From Bacilli bacterium (GTDB lineage Bacteria; Bacillota_I; Bacilli_A; RFN20; CAG-826), in NCBI GenBank assembly GCA_017940265.1, contig JAGAYY010000022.1, forward strand, positions 6,946 to 70,945: a stretch of DNA of 64,000 bases. Reading direction: 5' to 3'. The stretch's first letter is position 1; every line of letters starts with the position of its first letter. Below, piece after piece: positions 1-9,373 of this stretch. A model generated the notes under the pieces. That model was given only the letters and a program-made list of their open reading frames with translations, was not told the DNA's origin and searched no databases. A program made the position numbers and the translations under genes.

Positions 1-199
1 CTTCTTTTTCATTAATATAGACACGACCTTCGTCTTGTTTATAAATACCGGCGAGAACATTCAGTAATGTTGTTTTACCAGAGCCGTTTTCTCCTAAGAT
101 ACAAAATACTTCACCAGTATCAATAGAGAAAGAAACATTGTTATTGGCAACAATACTACCGAATATTTTCGTGATATTTTCAAATCTGATATTTTCCAT
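1..199 (-). CDS. ABC transporter ATP-binding protein, N-terminal part (gene continues beyond window start)
   Basis: Reverse-strand translation from ATG (rc of 197-199) gives MENIRFENITKIFGSIVANNNVSFSIDTGEVFCILGENGSGKTTLLNVLAGIYKQDEGRVYINEKE with Walker A GENGSGKTT; lies immediately downstream of the BMP lipoprotein gene on the same strand. Confidence 0.75.
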   Translation of the reverse strand, partial: MENIRFENITKIFGSIVANNNVSFSIDTGEVFCILGENGSGKTTLLNVLAGIYKQDEGRVYINEKE

Positions 200-256
200 A
201 AAAGTAATTAAAAGGGCTGGCGGTGAAACCATCGCCAACCCTATATGTTGTCTTAA

Positions 257-1495
257 TTAGTTGAGTTTGGTAATGCCATCGATAATGATATCGAAGTAAG
301 GAGCACTACGTTTTGCAGATTCATCGAAGAATGTGATGCCATTTTCTGTTTTGATGGCTTCAGATTCTGGAGCGAAGTCGCCCATATCTTCAACGTCAGC
401 GGTGTAAGAAGTAAGGTTCTTACCACCAACTGTGAATTTGGAACAGTCAAAGACTTTTCTTGTGCCAGCTTTGAGTTCGGCTTCAATGAGTTTGACTTTG
501 GCTAAATCTTCAGCATCAGCAACGTTGTATTCAACGGAACCGGTAGCGATTGTGCCAGTGTAGTTGTTATTGTTTTCACCAGCAATGGCTTTGCCGTCGA
601 ACATAGCGTTGACAACAGCTTCGTAGTATGGAGCCCAGTTGATACGGGAGTAGGCAACGTATGTATTTGGGCAAGCATCTTTTGTTTCAACGTTATATGT
701 GACGTTTGGGACACCTTGTTTTTCACATTCGCCTGGAGCACCCATGGAGTCAGCGTGTTGAGAAACTAAAGCAGCACCGCCATTGATTAAAGCTCTAGCA
801 CCAGCTTCTTCAGCGTTGAAATCGTACCAGGATTTTGTGAATGTAACATCCATAACGACGTTGGAAACGACTTCTTTAACACCTAAGTACCAAGAAGTGA
901 AACCGGAAACGACTTCGGCGTATGGGAAAGCACCAACATAGCCGAGTTTGATGTTGCCGTTAGCATCATAGTTTGATTCTTTTAAAGAATTGGCTTCAAC
1001 CATCTTTTGGAGTTTTAAACCAGCAGCATAGCCAGCTAAGAAACGACCTTCATAAATGGAAGCGAAAGCATTGTGGTAGTTGGATTGTTTGGCTGTTAAG
1101 GCTTGTGTACCTGTAGCGTGGCAGAATTGGACTTGTGGCCATTTCTTGGCAGCCTTTAACATATATTCTTCGTGACCGAAGGAATCTGCGAAGATGACAT
1201 TGCAACCTTGTTTAACTAAATCTCTTGCAGCGTTGAAACAGGATTGGTCTTCGTTGATACCTGTTTTGATGATTGGATCGCCATCGATTCTTGCACCGAG
1301 GTTCTTGGCGGCAACACTCATAGCGTCGATGAAGTTCTTGTCATATGTGGATTGGCTATCATGTAATGTGATTAAGCCAATTTTGACTTTTTCACCGGCA
1401 ACGTATTCTTTAGCTTTAACATCGCAAGCTGTTAATGTTAAGGCACCAATACCGAGAACGGTGACTACGAATGTGCGTACAAAACTTTTCTTCAT
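257..1495 (-). CDS. BMP-family (PnrA-like) ABC transporter substrate-binding lipoprotein, probable nucleoside/purine binding
   Basis: 412 aa; N-terminal signal with lipobox LTLTAC; BMP/PnrA-like length and composition; followed by ABC ATPase. Confidence 0.75.
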   Translation of the reverse strand: MKKSFVRTFVVTVLGIGALTLTACDVKAKEYVAGEKVKIGLITLHDSQSTYDKNFIDAMSVAAKNLGARIDGDPIIKTGINEDQSCFNAARDLVKQGCNVIFADSFGHEEYMLKAAKKWPQVQFCHATGTQALTAKQSNYHNAFASIYEGRFLAGYAAGLKLQKMVEANSLKESNYDANGNIKLGYVGAFPYAEVVSGFTSWYLGVKEVVSNVVMDVTFTKSWYDFNAEEAGARALINGGAALVSQHADSMGAPGECEKQGVPNVTYNVETKDACPNTYVAYSRINWAPYYEAVVNAMFDGKAIAGENNNNYTGTIATGSVEYNVADAEDLAKVKLIEAELKAGTRKVFDCSKFTVGGKNLTSYTADVEDMGDFAPESEAIKTENGITFFDESAKRSAPYFDIIIDGITKLN

Positions 1496-1760
1496 TTTTG
1501 TTTTTCTCCTCCTTGATAATCTTCTAAAAAATAAAAATGAGCTTCCTATAATTGGAAGCCTCTACTTTAAATCAACGGCGAAACATACGAACGATTATTT
1601 CGCAAACGGATTTGATTCGTAGTGCTACATTATACGGTGTAGCGTAGAGACAACCCACCAATTAGGGAATTATACGAAGTCAAAGTTTGTTTTCCTTTGA
1701 CGCCATTATTGTATATTCTAAAAATGACAATTGTAAACCCTTAAAAAGATAAATTTTCAC

Positions 1761-1805
1761 AAAAAAGTCGCACGGGTTTTATAAAATAAAGATTTATCGT
1801 GCGAC
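1761..1805 (-). terminator. putative rho-independent terminator downstream of apt (minus strand)
   Basis: Inverted repeat GTCGCACG(1767-1774)/CGTGCGAC(1798-1805) with long loop, followed on the minus strand by a U-run (A-run 1761-1766 on plus). Confidence 0.35.
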
Positions 1806-1820
1806 GTGTATGAACAATTC

Positions 1821-2372
1821 TTAGTAAGCTTCAACTGGAACGATGGAAATTACTGGATATTTCTTTAATAATTCACGGCCTTTGAGTGGGGTGAGTTCGA
1901 TATAGAACATCACACCAGCGACAGAGGCGCCACTTCTTTCAACAAGTTCGCACAAAGCTTTCGCGGAACCACCTGTGGCTAATAAGTCATCGACCACTAA
2001 AACGCGATCACCTGGTTTAATAGAATCTTCACTAATCACCAAAGTAGCGGTGCCGTATTCTAAGTTATATGAGACACAGTTACCTGGTCTTGGTAATTTG
2101 CCAGGCTTTCTTGCCATAACAACACCCTTCTTAGTTAACAAACCAAGAGTTGGACCAAACAAGAAACCACGGGCTTCTGGACAAACGATTTTATCAAATT
2201 GAATATTTTGTTCTTTTAATTCTTCGACCATGACATCGAACACTAATTGGAGATATTCTGGATCTTCAAATACTGGAACGATATCTTTGAAAATGATACC
2301 TGGTTTAGGAAAACCAGGAACATCCTTAATATGTTTTTCGGATAATGAAATGACTTGTTCTTTCTTGGTCAT
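1821..2372 (-). CDS. apt: adenine phosphoribosyltransferase
   Basis: 183 aa; FPKPGIIFKDIVPVFEDPEY APRT N-terminal motif and PRPP-binding VLVVDDLLATGGSAKA. Confidence 0.85.
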   Translation of the reverse strand: MTKKEQVISLSEKHIKDVPGFPKPGIIFKDIVPVFEDPEYLQLVFDVMVEELKEQNIQFDKIVCPEARGFLFGPTLGLLTKKGVVMARKPGKLPRPGNCVSYNLEYGTATLVISEDSIKPGDRVLVVDDLLATGGSAKALCELVERSGASVAGVMFYIELTPLKGRELLKKYPVISIVPVEAY

Positions 2373-2602
2373 AATAATTCTACCTCTTATAAAAACGACA
2401 AATTTTATTATATGTCATAAAAGGCCTTTTCTCAATGTGTCAAACCAAGATTTTTCATGCCAATCTTATGACAAAAACTGGATTATGTTTTATCTTAGAA
2501 AAATTATGAAAAAAGTGTTTGCAATGATATACGTATGTGGTAAAGTTTTAGGCAAAGGATTGCTATGGAGAAACGAATTAGAAAGTGTAAGATTCCCGCC
2601 GC

Positions 2603-2688
2603 ATTAGGGGGTTTCTTCCCTAATTTTTCCTCCCCATTCGCTATTCTTATCTGTTTGTAGTCACCCCTGTCGTCGGGTGATTTTTTTT
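2603..2688 (+). promoter_or_regulatory. 5' leader of pyrP-upp with two terminator-like hairpins (putative attenuator)
   Basis: Hairpin 1 ATTAGGG-loop-CCCTAAT (2603-2624) followed by TTTTT. Hairpin 2 CACCCCTG-tcgt-CGGGTG (2662-2679) followed by TTTTTTTT (2681-2688). Both lie inside a divergent intergenic region, 20-100 nt upstream of the permease start. Confidence 0.35.
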
Positions 2689-2708
2689 GCGCGAAAGGAG
2701 AAACATTT

Positions 2709-4163
2709 ATGTCGGCAAACAAACTTATCTTCGAAGTTGATGGCAAGCCAAGTTTCGGGAAACTCTTGGTCTTCGCGTTTCAACAAGTCTTAGCCGTTTT
2801 AGCGGCCACAATCGCAGTTCCAACAATCATTGGACTTCCAGTACAAATTCCTGCAGCTATCTTAGGTGCTGGTTTAGGTACACTCGTTTATTTAGTCTTT
2901 ACGAAATTCAAATCACCAGTCGTTATTTCTAGCTCATTTGCTTTCTTAGGTGCTTTAGCTAACGCTGTCGCATTTGGTTACATGGGTATCTTACTCGGTG
3001 GCTTATTTGCTGGTTTAGTTTACGTTATCATTGCAATTATCATTAAATTTGCTGGTACAAGATGGGTTGAAAAACTCATGCCTCCAGTAATTATCGGACC
3101 AACTGTTGCTTTAATTGGTCTTTCCTTAGCAGGTGCGGCTATGGGCGACATCGTTAAAGCTTCTGCTTCTCAAATCAATGGTGGTTATAACCTCGTTGGT
3201 TTAGCTTGTGGCTTAGTCACATTCTTCACAGTTGTTATTCTCTCTGTCCAAAATAGATTCAAAGCCGGTAGATTATTACCATTCATTCTCGGTATCGCTG
3301 CTGGTTACGCTGTTGCCGCGATCTTCACAGGCATCGGTTTTGCCGCTAACTTAGATTACCTCAAAGTTATCGACTACTCACCAATCATTGAAAACTTCCA
3401 AAACATCACATTTGAATCGTTCTTAACATATCCAAGATTCGCCTTACTCGGTGGTATCAAAGAATTAAGTGATGGCGCTGTCAGCGCGGACATCGTTGCT
3501 GCCGCTGCCCAAAATGGCAAAGTAGCACAAGTCATTACCCCAGTCGGTGTTGCGGAAGTTGCTTTAGCCTTCGTTCCAGTCGCATTTGTTACATTTGCTG
3601 AACACATCGCTGACCACAAGAATTTAAGCTCCATCATCAACAAAGACCTCATTACAGAACCAGGCTTATCCAGAACCTTACTCGGTGATGGTGTTGGCTC
3701 CATGGTTGGTACAGTCTTCGGTATTTGTCCAAATACCACATATGGTGAATCCGTTGGCTGCGTCGCTATCACAAAGAACGCTTCTGTTAGAACAATCTTC
3801 GTTGCTGCTTTAATGCTCATCGTCTTATCATTCCTAGCACCAGTTACTGCTGCTTTAAGAACAATCCCAAGCTGTGTTATGGGTGGTGTTTGTTTAACAC
3901 TCTATGGCTTCATCGCTGTCTCTGGCTTAAAGATGTTCCAACAAGTCGATCTCAACAAGAGCAAGAATTTATTCACAGTCGCTGCCATCCTCATTTCCGG
4001 TATCGGTGGTTTAGCTATCCAAATCCCATATGCTATCGCAAATAATGGTGCAGTTGAAAAAACAATTCAAATTACCTCTATCGCAACTGCGTTGATTTTA
4101 GGTATTATTACTATGGTGGTAACAAACGCTGTTGAAAAGCGTAATGCCCCAGAAGAAGAATAA
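2709..4163 (+). CDS. pyrP: uracil/xanthine permease (NCS2 family), probably uracil permease
   Basis: 484 aa polytopic membrane protein with NCS2-type Gly/Ala-rich TM helices; 15 bp upstream of upp. Confidence 0.8.
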   Translation: MSANKLIFEVDGKPSFGKLLVFAFQQVLAVLAATIAVPTIIGLPVQIPAAILGAGLGTLVYLVFTKFKSPVVISSSFAFLGALANAVAFGYMGILLGGLFAGLVYVIIAIIIKFAGTRWVEKLMPPVIIGPTVALIGLSLAGAAMGDIVKASASQINGGYNLVGLACGLVTFFTVVILSVQNRFKAGRLLPFILGIAAGYAVAAIFTGIGFAANLDYLKVIDYSPIIENFQNITFESFLTYPRFALLGGIKELSDGAVSADIVAAAAQNGKVAQVITPVGVAEVALAFVPVAFVTFAEHIADHKNLSSIINKDLITEPGLSRTLLGDGVGSMVGTVFGICPNTTYGESVGCVAITKNASVRTIFVAALMLIVLSFLAPVTAALRTIPSCVMGGVCLTLYGFIAVSGLKMFQQVDLNKSKNLFTVAAILISGIGGLAIQIPYAIANNGAVEKTIQITSIATALILGIITMVVTNAVEKRNAPEEE

Positions 4164-4178
4164 GTTGAGGAATAGATA

Positions 4179-4853
4179 ATGGCTTTTGAAAATTATCCAA
4201 CAGTCCATATTCTTGACCATCCATTGATCAAGCACAAAATCACAAAACTTAGAGACAAAACAACTAAGACAAGTGAATTCAAGATGTTAGTGAAAGAAAT
4301 ATCTGTTTTGGAAGGATATGAAGCACTTCGTCATCTTGGAACACAAATGGTGGAAATTGAAACACCAATTGAAAAAACACTTCAACCAGTTGTTAAACGT
4401 AAATCTCTCTGCTTTGTCCCAATCCTCCGTGCAGGTTTGGGTATGGTTGATGGTTTGCTCGAGTTAGTTCCTGGCTGTACTTGTGGCCACATCGGTTTAT
4501 ACCGTAATGAAGTCACAAAAGAACCTGTGGAATATTACTGCAAATTACCTGCAGATATTTCCGAAAAAGATGTTTACCTTTTAGACCCAATGCTCGCCAC
4601 AGGCGGCTCCGCAATCGACGCGGTGAGAATGTTAAAAGCTCATGGTGCTAAAAAGATTACCTTCCTCTGCATTATCGCAGCCCCAGAAGGTGTGGAAGCA
4701 TTTGTGAAGAAATATCCAGATATCCCACTCTATGTCGGTGCATTAGACCGTTGCTTAAACGAAAATGCTTATATCTGCCCAGGCTTAGGTGACTGTGGTG
4801 ATAGAACATTCGGTACCACAAACGGCACAACCGAAGACAGACCAATTATTTAA
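4179..4853 (+). CDS. upp: uracil phosphoribosyltransferase
   Basis: 224 aa; VHILDHPLIKHKITKLRDKTT and LDPMLATGGS PRPP-binding motif typical of UPRTase. Confidence 0.85.
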   Translation: MAFENYPTVHILDHPLIKHKITKLRDKTTKTSEFKMLVKEISVLEGYEALRHLGTQMVEIETPIEKTLQPVVKRKSLCFVPILRAGLGMVDGLLELVPGCTCGHIGLYRNEVTKEPVEYYCKLPADISEKDVYLLDPMLATGGSAIDAVRMLKAHGAKKITFLCIIAAPEGVEAFVKKYPDIPLYVGALDRCLNENAYICPGLGDCGDRTFGTTNGTTEDRPII

Positions 4854-4910
4854 TTATCAACTTATTGATCAGAGTAGAAATTCCTTTCAGTTGAAAGAGG
4901 GAAAGAAGAC

Positions 4911-5840
4911 ATGACAAATAAAGAACAAGTACTAGTATTTTCTTTAACCACCTGTGAAGAATTAGCAAATAAGGTGTGTGAAGAACTCGGTGTGGAAAAA
5001 TCACCCGCTATCTGTAGAAGATTCGCAGATAATGAAATTTTTACCAGACCAAACGTTGACGTAAGAGGTAAGGATTGTATTGTTATTCATTCAACCTGTA
5101 ACCCAGTCAATGACAAATTAATGGAATTATTAATCTTCATCGATGCTCTTAAAAGAGGTGAAGCTAAAACCATTACCGCGATCATCCCATATTTCGGATA
5201 CGTGAGACAAGATAGAACTATTGATTTCGGTGATCCAATCAGTGCTAAATTAGTGGCTAATTGTTTAAGAGAAGCTGGATGCAATAGAGTTGTATCTGTT
5301 GATTACCACAGTGGTTCAATGCAACCATTCTTCGAAAATATGGAAGCAGTGGAATTATATTCTTCCTCTGTGTTCGCTGATTATTACCGTAAACGCTTAA
5401 AGACATTAAAAGTTAAACTCGAGGACGTTGTCATTGTTTCTCCAGACAAGGGTGGCCTCGAAAGAGCGAAACATTTATCTAAAGATTTAGGTGATTTACC
5501 AATCGCGGTGTTAAATAAATACCGTCCTGAACCAAATAAGGCCGTTATTACTAACATCAAAGGCGAATCAGTCGTGGACAAGTACTGTTTAATGATTGAT
5601 GATATCATCGATACTGGCGGCACAATTATTGCTGCGAGTAAAGAACTTCTCAAAAATGAAGCTAGAGGTATCCTCATCTGCGCTTGCCATGGTATCTTTT
5701 CCAAGAACGCTCTCGCGAAATTATATAGATGTGGCATCTTAGATATCGCTATTAGTGATTCTATCCCACAAGAAGAAGACGTTGTTTCTATCGTCTCCTT
5801 ATCGCCAATCATCGCTAAATATATCAACGAGAACTTCTAA
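4911..5840 (+). CDS. prs: ribose-phosphate pyrophosphokinase (PRPP synthetase)
   Basis: 309 aa; YFGYVRQDRTIDFGDPISAKLVANCL and DDIIDTGGT motifs. Confidence 0.85.
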   Translation: MTNKEQVLVFSLTTCEELANKVCEELGVEKSPAICRRFADNEIFTRPNVDVRGKDCIVIHSTCNPVNDKLMELLIFIDALKRGEAKTITAIIPYFGYVRQDRTIDFGDPISAKLVANCLREAGCNRVVSVDYHSGSMQPFFENMEAVELYSSSVFADYYRKRLKTLKVKLEDVVIVSPDKGGLERAKHLSKDLGDLPIAVLNKYRPEPNKAVITNIKGESVVDKYCLMIDDIIDTGGTIIAASKELLKNEARGILICACHGIFSKNALAKLYRCGILDIAISDSIPQEEDVVSIVSLSPIIAKYINENF

Positions 5841-5861
5841 TCAATATAAATAAGATATATA

Positions 5862-5889
5862 AGACCGGAATAAAAACCGGTCTTTTTTG
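5862..5889 (+). terminator. rho-independent terminator after prs
   Basis: AGACCGGaataaaaaCCGGTCT stem followed by TTTTTT. Confidence 0.7.
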
Positions 5890-5966
5890 TGCCCAACACC
5901 AAAAACAGCAAAAACTGTTTACTGTGGTATACAAAAATGCTATTTTATCGGTGGAAGTGATGCCAT

Positions 5967-6593
5967 ATGATTTATCATGATGATGATTACGTTACTACAT
6001 TTCAAAATGCACTTGGTTATATTATCGGTAGAACAATAAGTAATGGATGCTCTCCAAGATTTGTTGAAAGAACAATAGCGTATTCTTCTGCGTTCTCTTT
6101 ACTTGAAAAATCAGATATTACTGAACTTGCTTTTTCTCCTAAGGAATACATTTTTGAAAGAATGTTCGATATTAATATCTCAAATGAGTTCGAGTACAGC
6201 CCTTATGATGTTTACGGCTGGCTTGGCTATATCTATATCCGTCTGTTTTTTGACTTAAAGATCACATTTGAATCTTTGTTTTTTGTGTTACCAATTGATG
6301 AGGCAATCAATATGTACCCGCTTTATCATGAAATGGATTATCTTCAAGCTCTAGAATATGTAAAAGGCAAAGTGAAATACTCCCTTTTAGATGTAATAAT
6401 GTCTTGTAGAAAAATGTCTTCCCAAAAATTATCAAAAATCTCAGGCGTTTCTCGTTCAACTATTTCCGCTTTGAGGTATGGAAAACGCGATATAAATAAG
6501 TTAGAAGCAAGACTGCTTATTAAATTATCAAATGCTCTCCGTGTGAAGATGGAATCGTTGCTTACTGATATCAACCTTATTTTTGATCAGTAA
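5967..6593 (+). CDS. hypothetical protein with C-terminal XRE-family helix-turn-helix
   Basis: 208 aa. C-terminal ~60 aa (SQKLSKISGVSRSTISALRYGKRDINKLEARLLIKLSNAL) is a classical XRE HTH. N-terminal ~140 aa has no recognisable motif. AT-rich codon usage. Confidence 0.5.
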   Translation: MIYHDDDYVTTFQNALGYIIGRTISNGCSPRFVERTIAYSSAFSLLEKSDITELAFSPKEYIFERMFDINISNEFEYSPYDVYGWLGYIYIRLFFDLKITFESLFFVLPIDEAINMYPLYHEMDYLQALEYVKGKVKYSLLDVIMSCRKMSSQKLSKISGVSRSTISALRYGKRDINKLEARLLIKLSNALRVKMESLLTDINLIFDQ

Positions 6594-6682
6594 TAAAAGC
6601 ATATTTGACTTTAAACTACATCTATTTGTGTAAGGTTTTCTTTACGTTCAAAATCATCAAAAATATATTAACATTCACGCGT

Positions 6683-6690
6683 GTATAATC
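6683..6690 (+). promoter_or_regulatory. extended -10 promoter element (TGTATAAT) upstream of the FAD-oxidoreductase gene
   Basis: TGnTATAAT match about 50 nt upstream of the RBS AAAGGAG and ATG at 6743. Confidence 0.35.
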
Positions 6691-6742
6691 TATACTTAAA
6701 TAGTGTTTTTTCTTTGTGGAAAAGACTTAAAGGAGATACCTT

Positions 6743-8164
6743 ATGAAATACGATGTCGTGATTGTTGGAGCGGGCCCAAGTGGATATTTTTGTGCCTACG
6801 AATTAGTCAACAAAAACCCAAAATTAAAAGTACTCCTTATAGATAAGGGTCTCTCTATTGAAAAGAGACATTGTCCAGTTTTAGAACACAAATTAACAAA
6901 ATGTCCAAGAAATATTAAAGGCTATCAAGAATGCTTCCCAGCTTGTTCCATCACTAATGGTTTCGGTGGGGCTGGTGCTTATTCTGATGGTAAATTTAAC
7001 ATTACCTCTGAATTTGGTGGTTGGTTGCAAGATTATATTGACCGTGATGAGCTCATGAAATTGATTGATTATGTCGACCAAATCAATCTTAATTATGGCG
7101 CTACTCCAGTCATTACTGATCCATACACTAAAGAAGTTAGAGATATTGAAAAGAAAGCCATGTCCGTTGGTCTTAAATTATTACATAGCAAGGTCAGACA
7201 TTTAGGCACAGAAGAAAACTTAAAAATCTTAACTAGAATATATTTAGATTTAGAAAAGAAGATTGACACTAGATTCTCCACAACGGTGAAAGATATTGTC
7301 GTGGAAGAAGGACAAGTTAAAGGCGTTATTTTAGCCGACGATGAAAGAATCGACGCCGACTATGTTTTACTTGCGGTCGGTCGTGAAGGTAGCCAATGGC
7401 TCACTAACTTATTTGAAAAATTAAATGTCGAAATGACCCAAAACCAAGTTGATATCGGTGTCCGTGTTGAATGTCCAAACATGGTTATGGAAGAAATTAA
7501 TAAAAACTTATATGAAGGTAAGTTTATCTATAAAGCCTCTACTGGTAGCACAGTTAGAACATTCTGCTCTAACCCAGGTGGCCACGTCGTTATGGAAAAC
7601 TACCAAGGTGTTGTTAATGTTAATGGTCACTCCTATAATGACCCATCTTTATCTAGTGAAAATACTAACTTTGCTTTATTAGTGACACACCATTTTGAAG
7701 AACCATTCAAAAAACCAAATGAATATGCCTTAAAAGTCTCATCCTTAGCTAACCAATTAGCGTGTGGCTCTGTTTTAGTCCAACGCTTTGGTGACATCAA
7801 ACAAGGAAGACGTAGTACAGTTAAGCGCATTAACGAAGGCTTTGTGAGACCAACTCTTAAAGAAGCAGTGCCAGGTGACTTAGCCTTATGCTTACCACAA
7901 AAAACCATGCAGGCGATTATCGAAATGATTCAAGTCTTAGACCACATCACTCCAGGTATCGCTACTGAACATACACTTTTATACGGCGTTGAAGCTAAAT
8001 ACTATAGCGCTCACCCACAAATTGATAACAAACTTGAAGTTAAAGATATTAAAAATCTCTACGTTGGTGGCGATGGTGCGGGTCTCACCCGTGGCTTAGC
8101 CCAAGCGGGAGCCTGTGGCGTCTATGTCGCTAGAAACATCCTAGAAAAGAAGGGTGTTAAATAG
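6743..8164 (+). CDS. FAD-dependent oxidoreductase (uncharacterised COG2509-like family)
   Basis: 473 aa. N-terminal Rossmann motif DVVIVGAGPSGYFCA, conserved Cys pair (HCPV...KCPRN) and C-terminal GGDGAG motif. Confidence 0.65.
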   Translation: MKYDVVIVGAGPSGYFCAYELVNKNPKLKVLLIDKGLSIEKRHCPVLEHKLTKCPRNIKGYQECFPACSITNGFGGAGAYSDGKFNITSEFGGWLQDYIDRDELMKLIDYVDQINLNYGATPVITDPYTKEVRDIEKKAMSVGLKLLHSKVRHLGTEENLKILTRIYLDLEKKIDTRFSTTVKDIVVEEGQVKGVILADDERIDADYVLLAVGREGSQWLTNLFEKLNVEMTQNQVDIGVRVECPNMVMEEINKNLYEGKFIYKASTGSTVRTFCSNPGGHVVMENYQGVVNVNGHSYNDPSLSSENTNFALLVTHHFEEPFKKPNEYALKVSSLANQLACGSVLVQRFGDIKQGRRSTVKRINEGFVRPTLKEAVPGDLALCLPQKTMQAIIEMIQVLDHITPGIATEHTLLYGVEAKYYSAHPQIDNKLEVKDIKNLYVGGDGAGLTRGLAQAGACGVYVARNILEKKGVK

Positions 8165-8182
8165 AAAAAGGAGAAACAAATT

Positions 8183-9373
8183 ATGAGATGTGTTGGTGTG
8201 ACATCTAGAGGGGTGAGACTCCCTGTCCTCAAAACTGGTGACAACTTAAGAGAGATTGTTGTCGAATCAGTTTTAAAAGCCTCAGAAAATGAAGGATTCA
8301 AATTCCATGATCGCGATGTTGTCGCAATCACCGAAAGTATCGTCGCCCGTTGCCAAGGCAATTACGCCTCTGTCGACAATATTGCTGACGATGTAAGAAA
8401 GAAAACCGGTGGCGACGAAGTAGCGGTCATTTTTCCTATTTTAAGTAGAAATAGATTTGCGATTTTACTTAAAGGTATCGCCCGTGGTGTCAAGAAAGTC
8501 TACTTAATGCTTTCTTACCCAAGTGATGAAGTTGGTAATGCTTTAATTACCGCTGATCAAGTTTACGAAGCTGGCATTAACCCATACAGCGACGTTTTAA
8601 CATTAGAAAAATACCGTGAATTATTCGGTTATAGAGTGCACGAATTCACTGGTGTTGATTATGTTGATTATTATAAGAAATTAATTGAAGAACAAGGTGC
8701 GGAAGCTGTCATTATCTTCGCTAATCGCGCTGAAGCGATTTTAAATTATACAAAGAAAATCTTAACATGTGATATTCACACAAGATTTGCCACAAAGCGT
8801 TTATTGAAAGATAAAGGCGCTGAATTAGTTTTAGCCCTTGATGATATTTTAACCGCACCAGTTAATGGTTCTGGTTATAACGAAAAATATGGCTTATTAG
8901 GCACAAATAAAGCCACCGAAGAAACCGTGAAGTTATTCCCAAGAGACGGTCAATCTCTCGTGGAAGGTGTTCAAGCTGACTTATTAGAAAAGACCGGCAA
9001 ACACTTTGAAGTCATGGTATACGGTGATGGTGCATTTAAAGACCCACAAGGAAAGATTTGGGAATTAGCAGACCCAGTCGTTTCTCCATTCCATACCGTG
9101 GGCTTAAAAGGTACACCAAATGAATTAAAACTCAAATATTTAGCGGATAACGCTTATAAGGGTTTAAAAGGTAAAGAACTCGCTGATGCGATTAAAGAAG
9201 ATATCAAAGCTAAAGAAAAAGACCTCGTTGGTAAAATGGCTAGCGAAGGCACAACCCCAAGACAAATTACTGACTTATTAGGTTCTTTATGTGACTTAAC
9301 AAGTGGTTCTGGTGATAAAGGTACACCAGTTGTCCTAATTCAAGGATACTTTGACAATTATGCCGACGAATAA
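8183..9373 (+). CDS. conserved hypothetical protein, possibly a CofE-like gamma-glutamyl-ligase-fold family member
   Basis: 396 aa. The N-terminus (VGVTSRGVRLPVLKTGDNLREIVVESV...DRDVVAITESIVARCQGNY) follows the CofE N-terminal pattern. The assignment is tentative. Confidence 0.4.
   Translation: MRCVGVTSRGVRLPVLKTGDNLREIVVESVLKASENEGFKFHDRDVVAITESIVARCQGNYASVDNIADDVRKKTGGDEVAVIFPILSRNRFAILLKGIARGVKKVYLMLSYPSDEVGNALITADQVYEAGINPYSDVLTLEKYRELFGYRVHEFTGVDYVDYYKKLIEEQGAEAVIIFANRAEAILNYTKKILTCDIHTRFATKRLLKDKGAELVLALDDILTAPVNGSGYNEKYGLLGTNKATEETVKLFPRDGQSLVEGVQADLLEKTGKHFEVMVYGDGAFKDPQGKIWELADPVVSPFHTVGLKGTPNELKLKYLADNAYKGLKGKELADAIKEDIKAKEKDLVGKMASEGTTPRQITDLLGSLCDLTSGSGDKGTPVVLIQGYFDNYADE

Noticed and set aside
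253-1622. ORFs 253-486(-), 502-741(-) and 1194-1622(+) from the six-frame track
   Set aside because: They lie inside or antisense to the well-supported BMP lipoprotein gene, with low-complexity translations; they are frame shadows
2373-2708. PyrR-binding anti-antiterminator box or purine riboswitch upstream of pyrP-upp
   Set aside because: Searched by eye for the UCCAGAGAGGCU/AAGG PyrR consensus and for the purine-riboswitch conserved core. Neither was found, so only a generic attenuator call is made
1975-2746. ORFs 1975-2202(+), 2230-2607(+), 2504-2746(-)
   Set aside because: Antisense to apt or inside the regulatory leader of pyrP; no RBS or motifs; the leader is better explained as non-coding attenuator RNA
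3374-3820. 148-aa ORF antisense within the uracil permease gene
   Set aside because: Ala/Thr-rich shadow ORF of a GC-skewed membrane-protein gene
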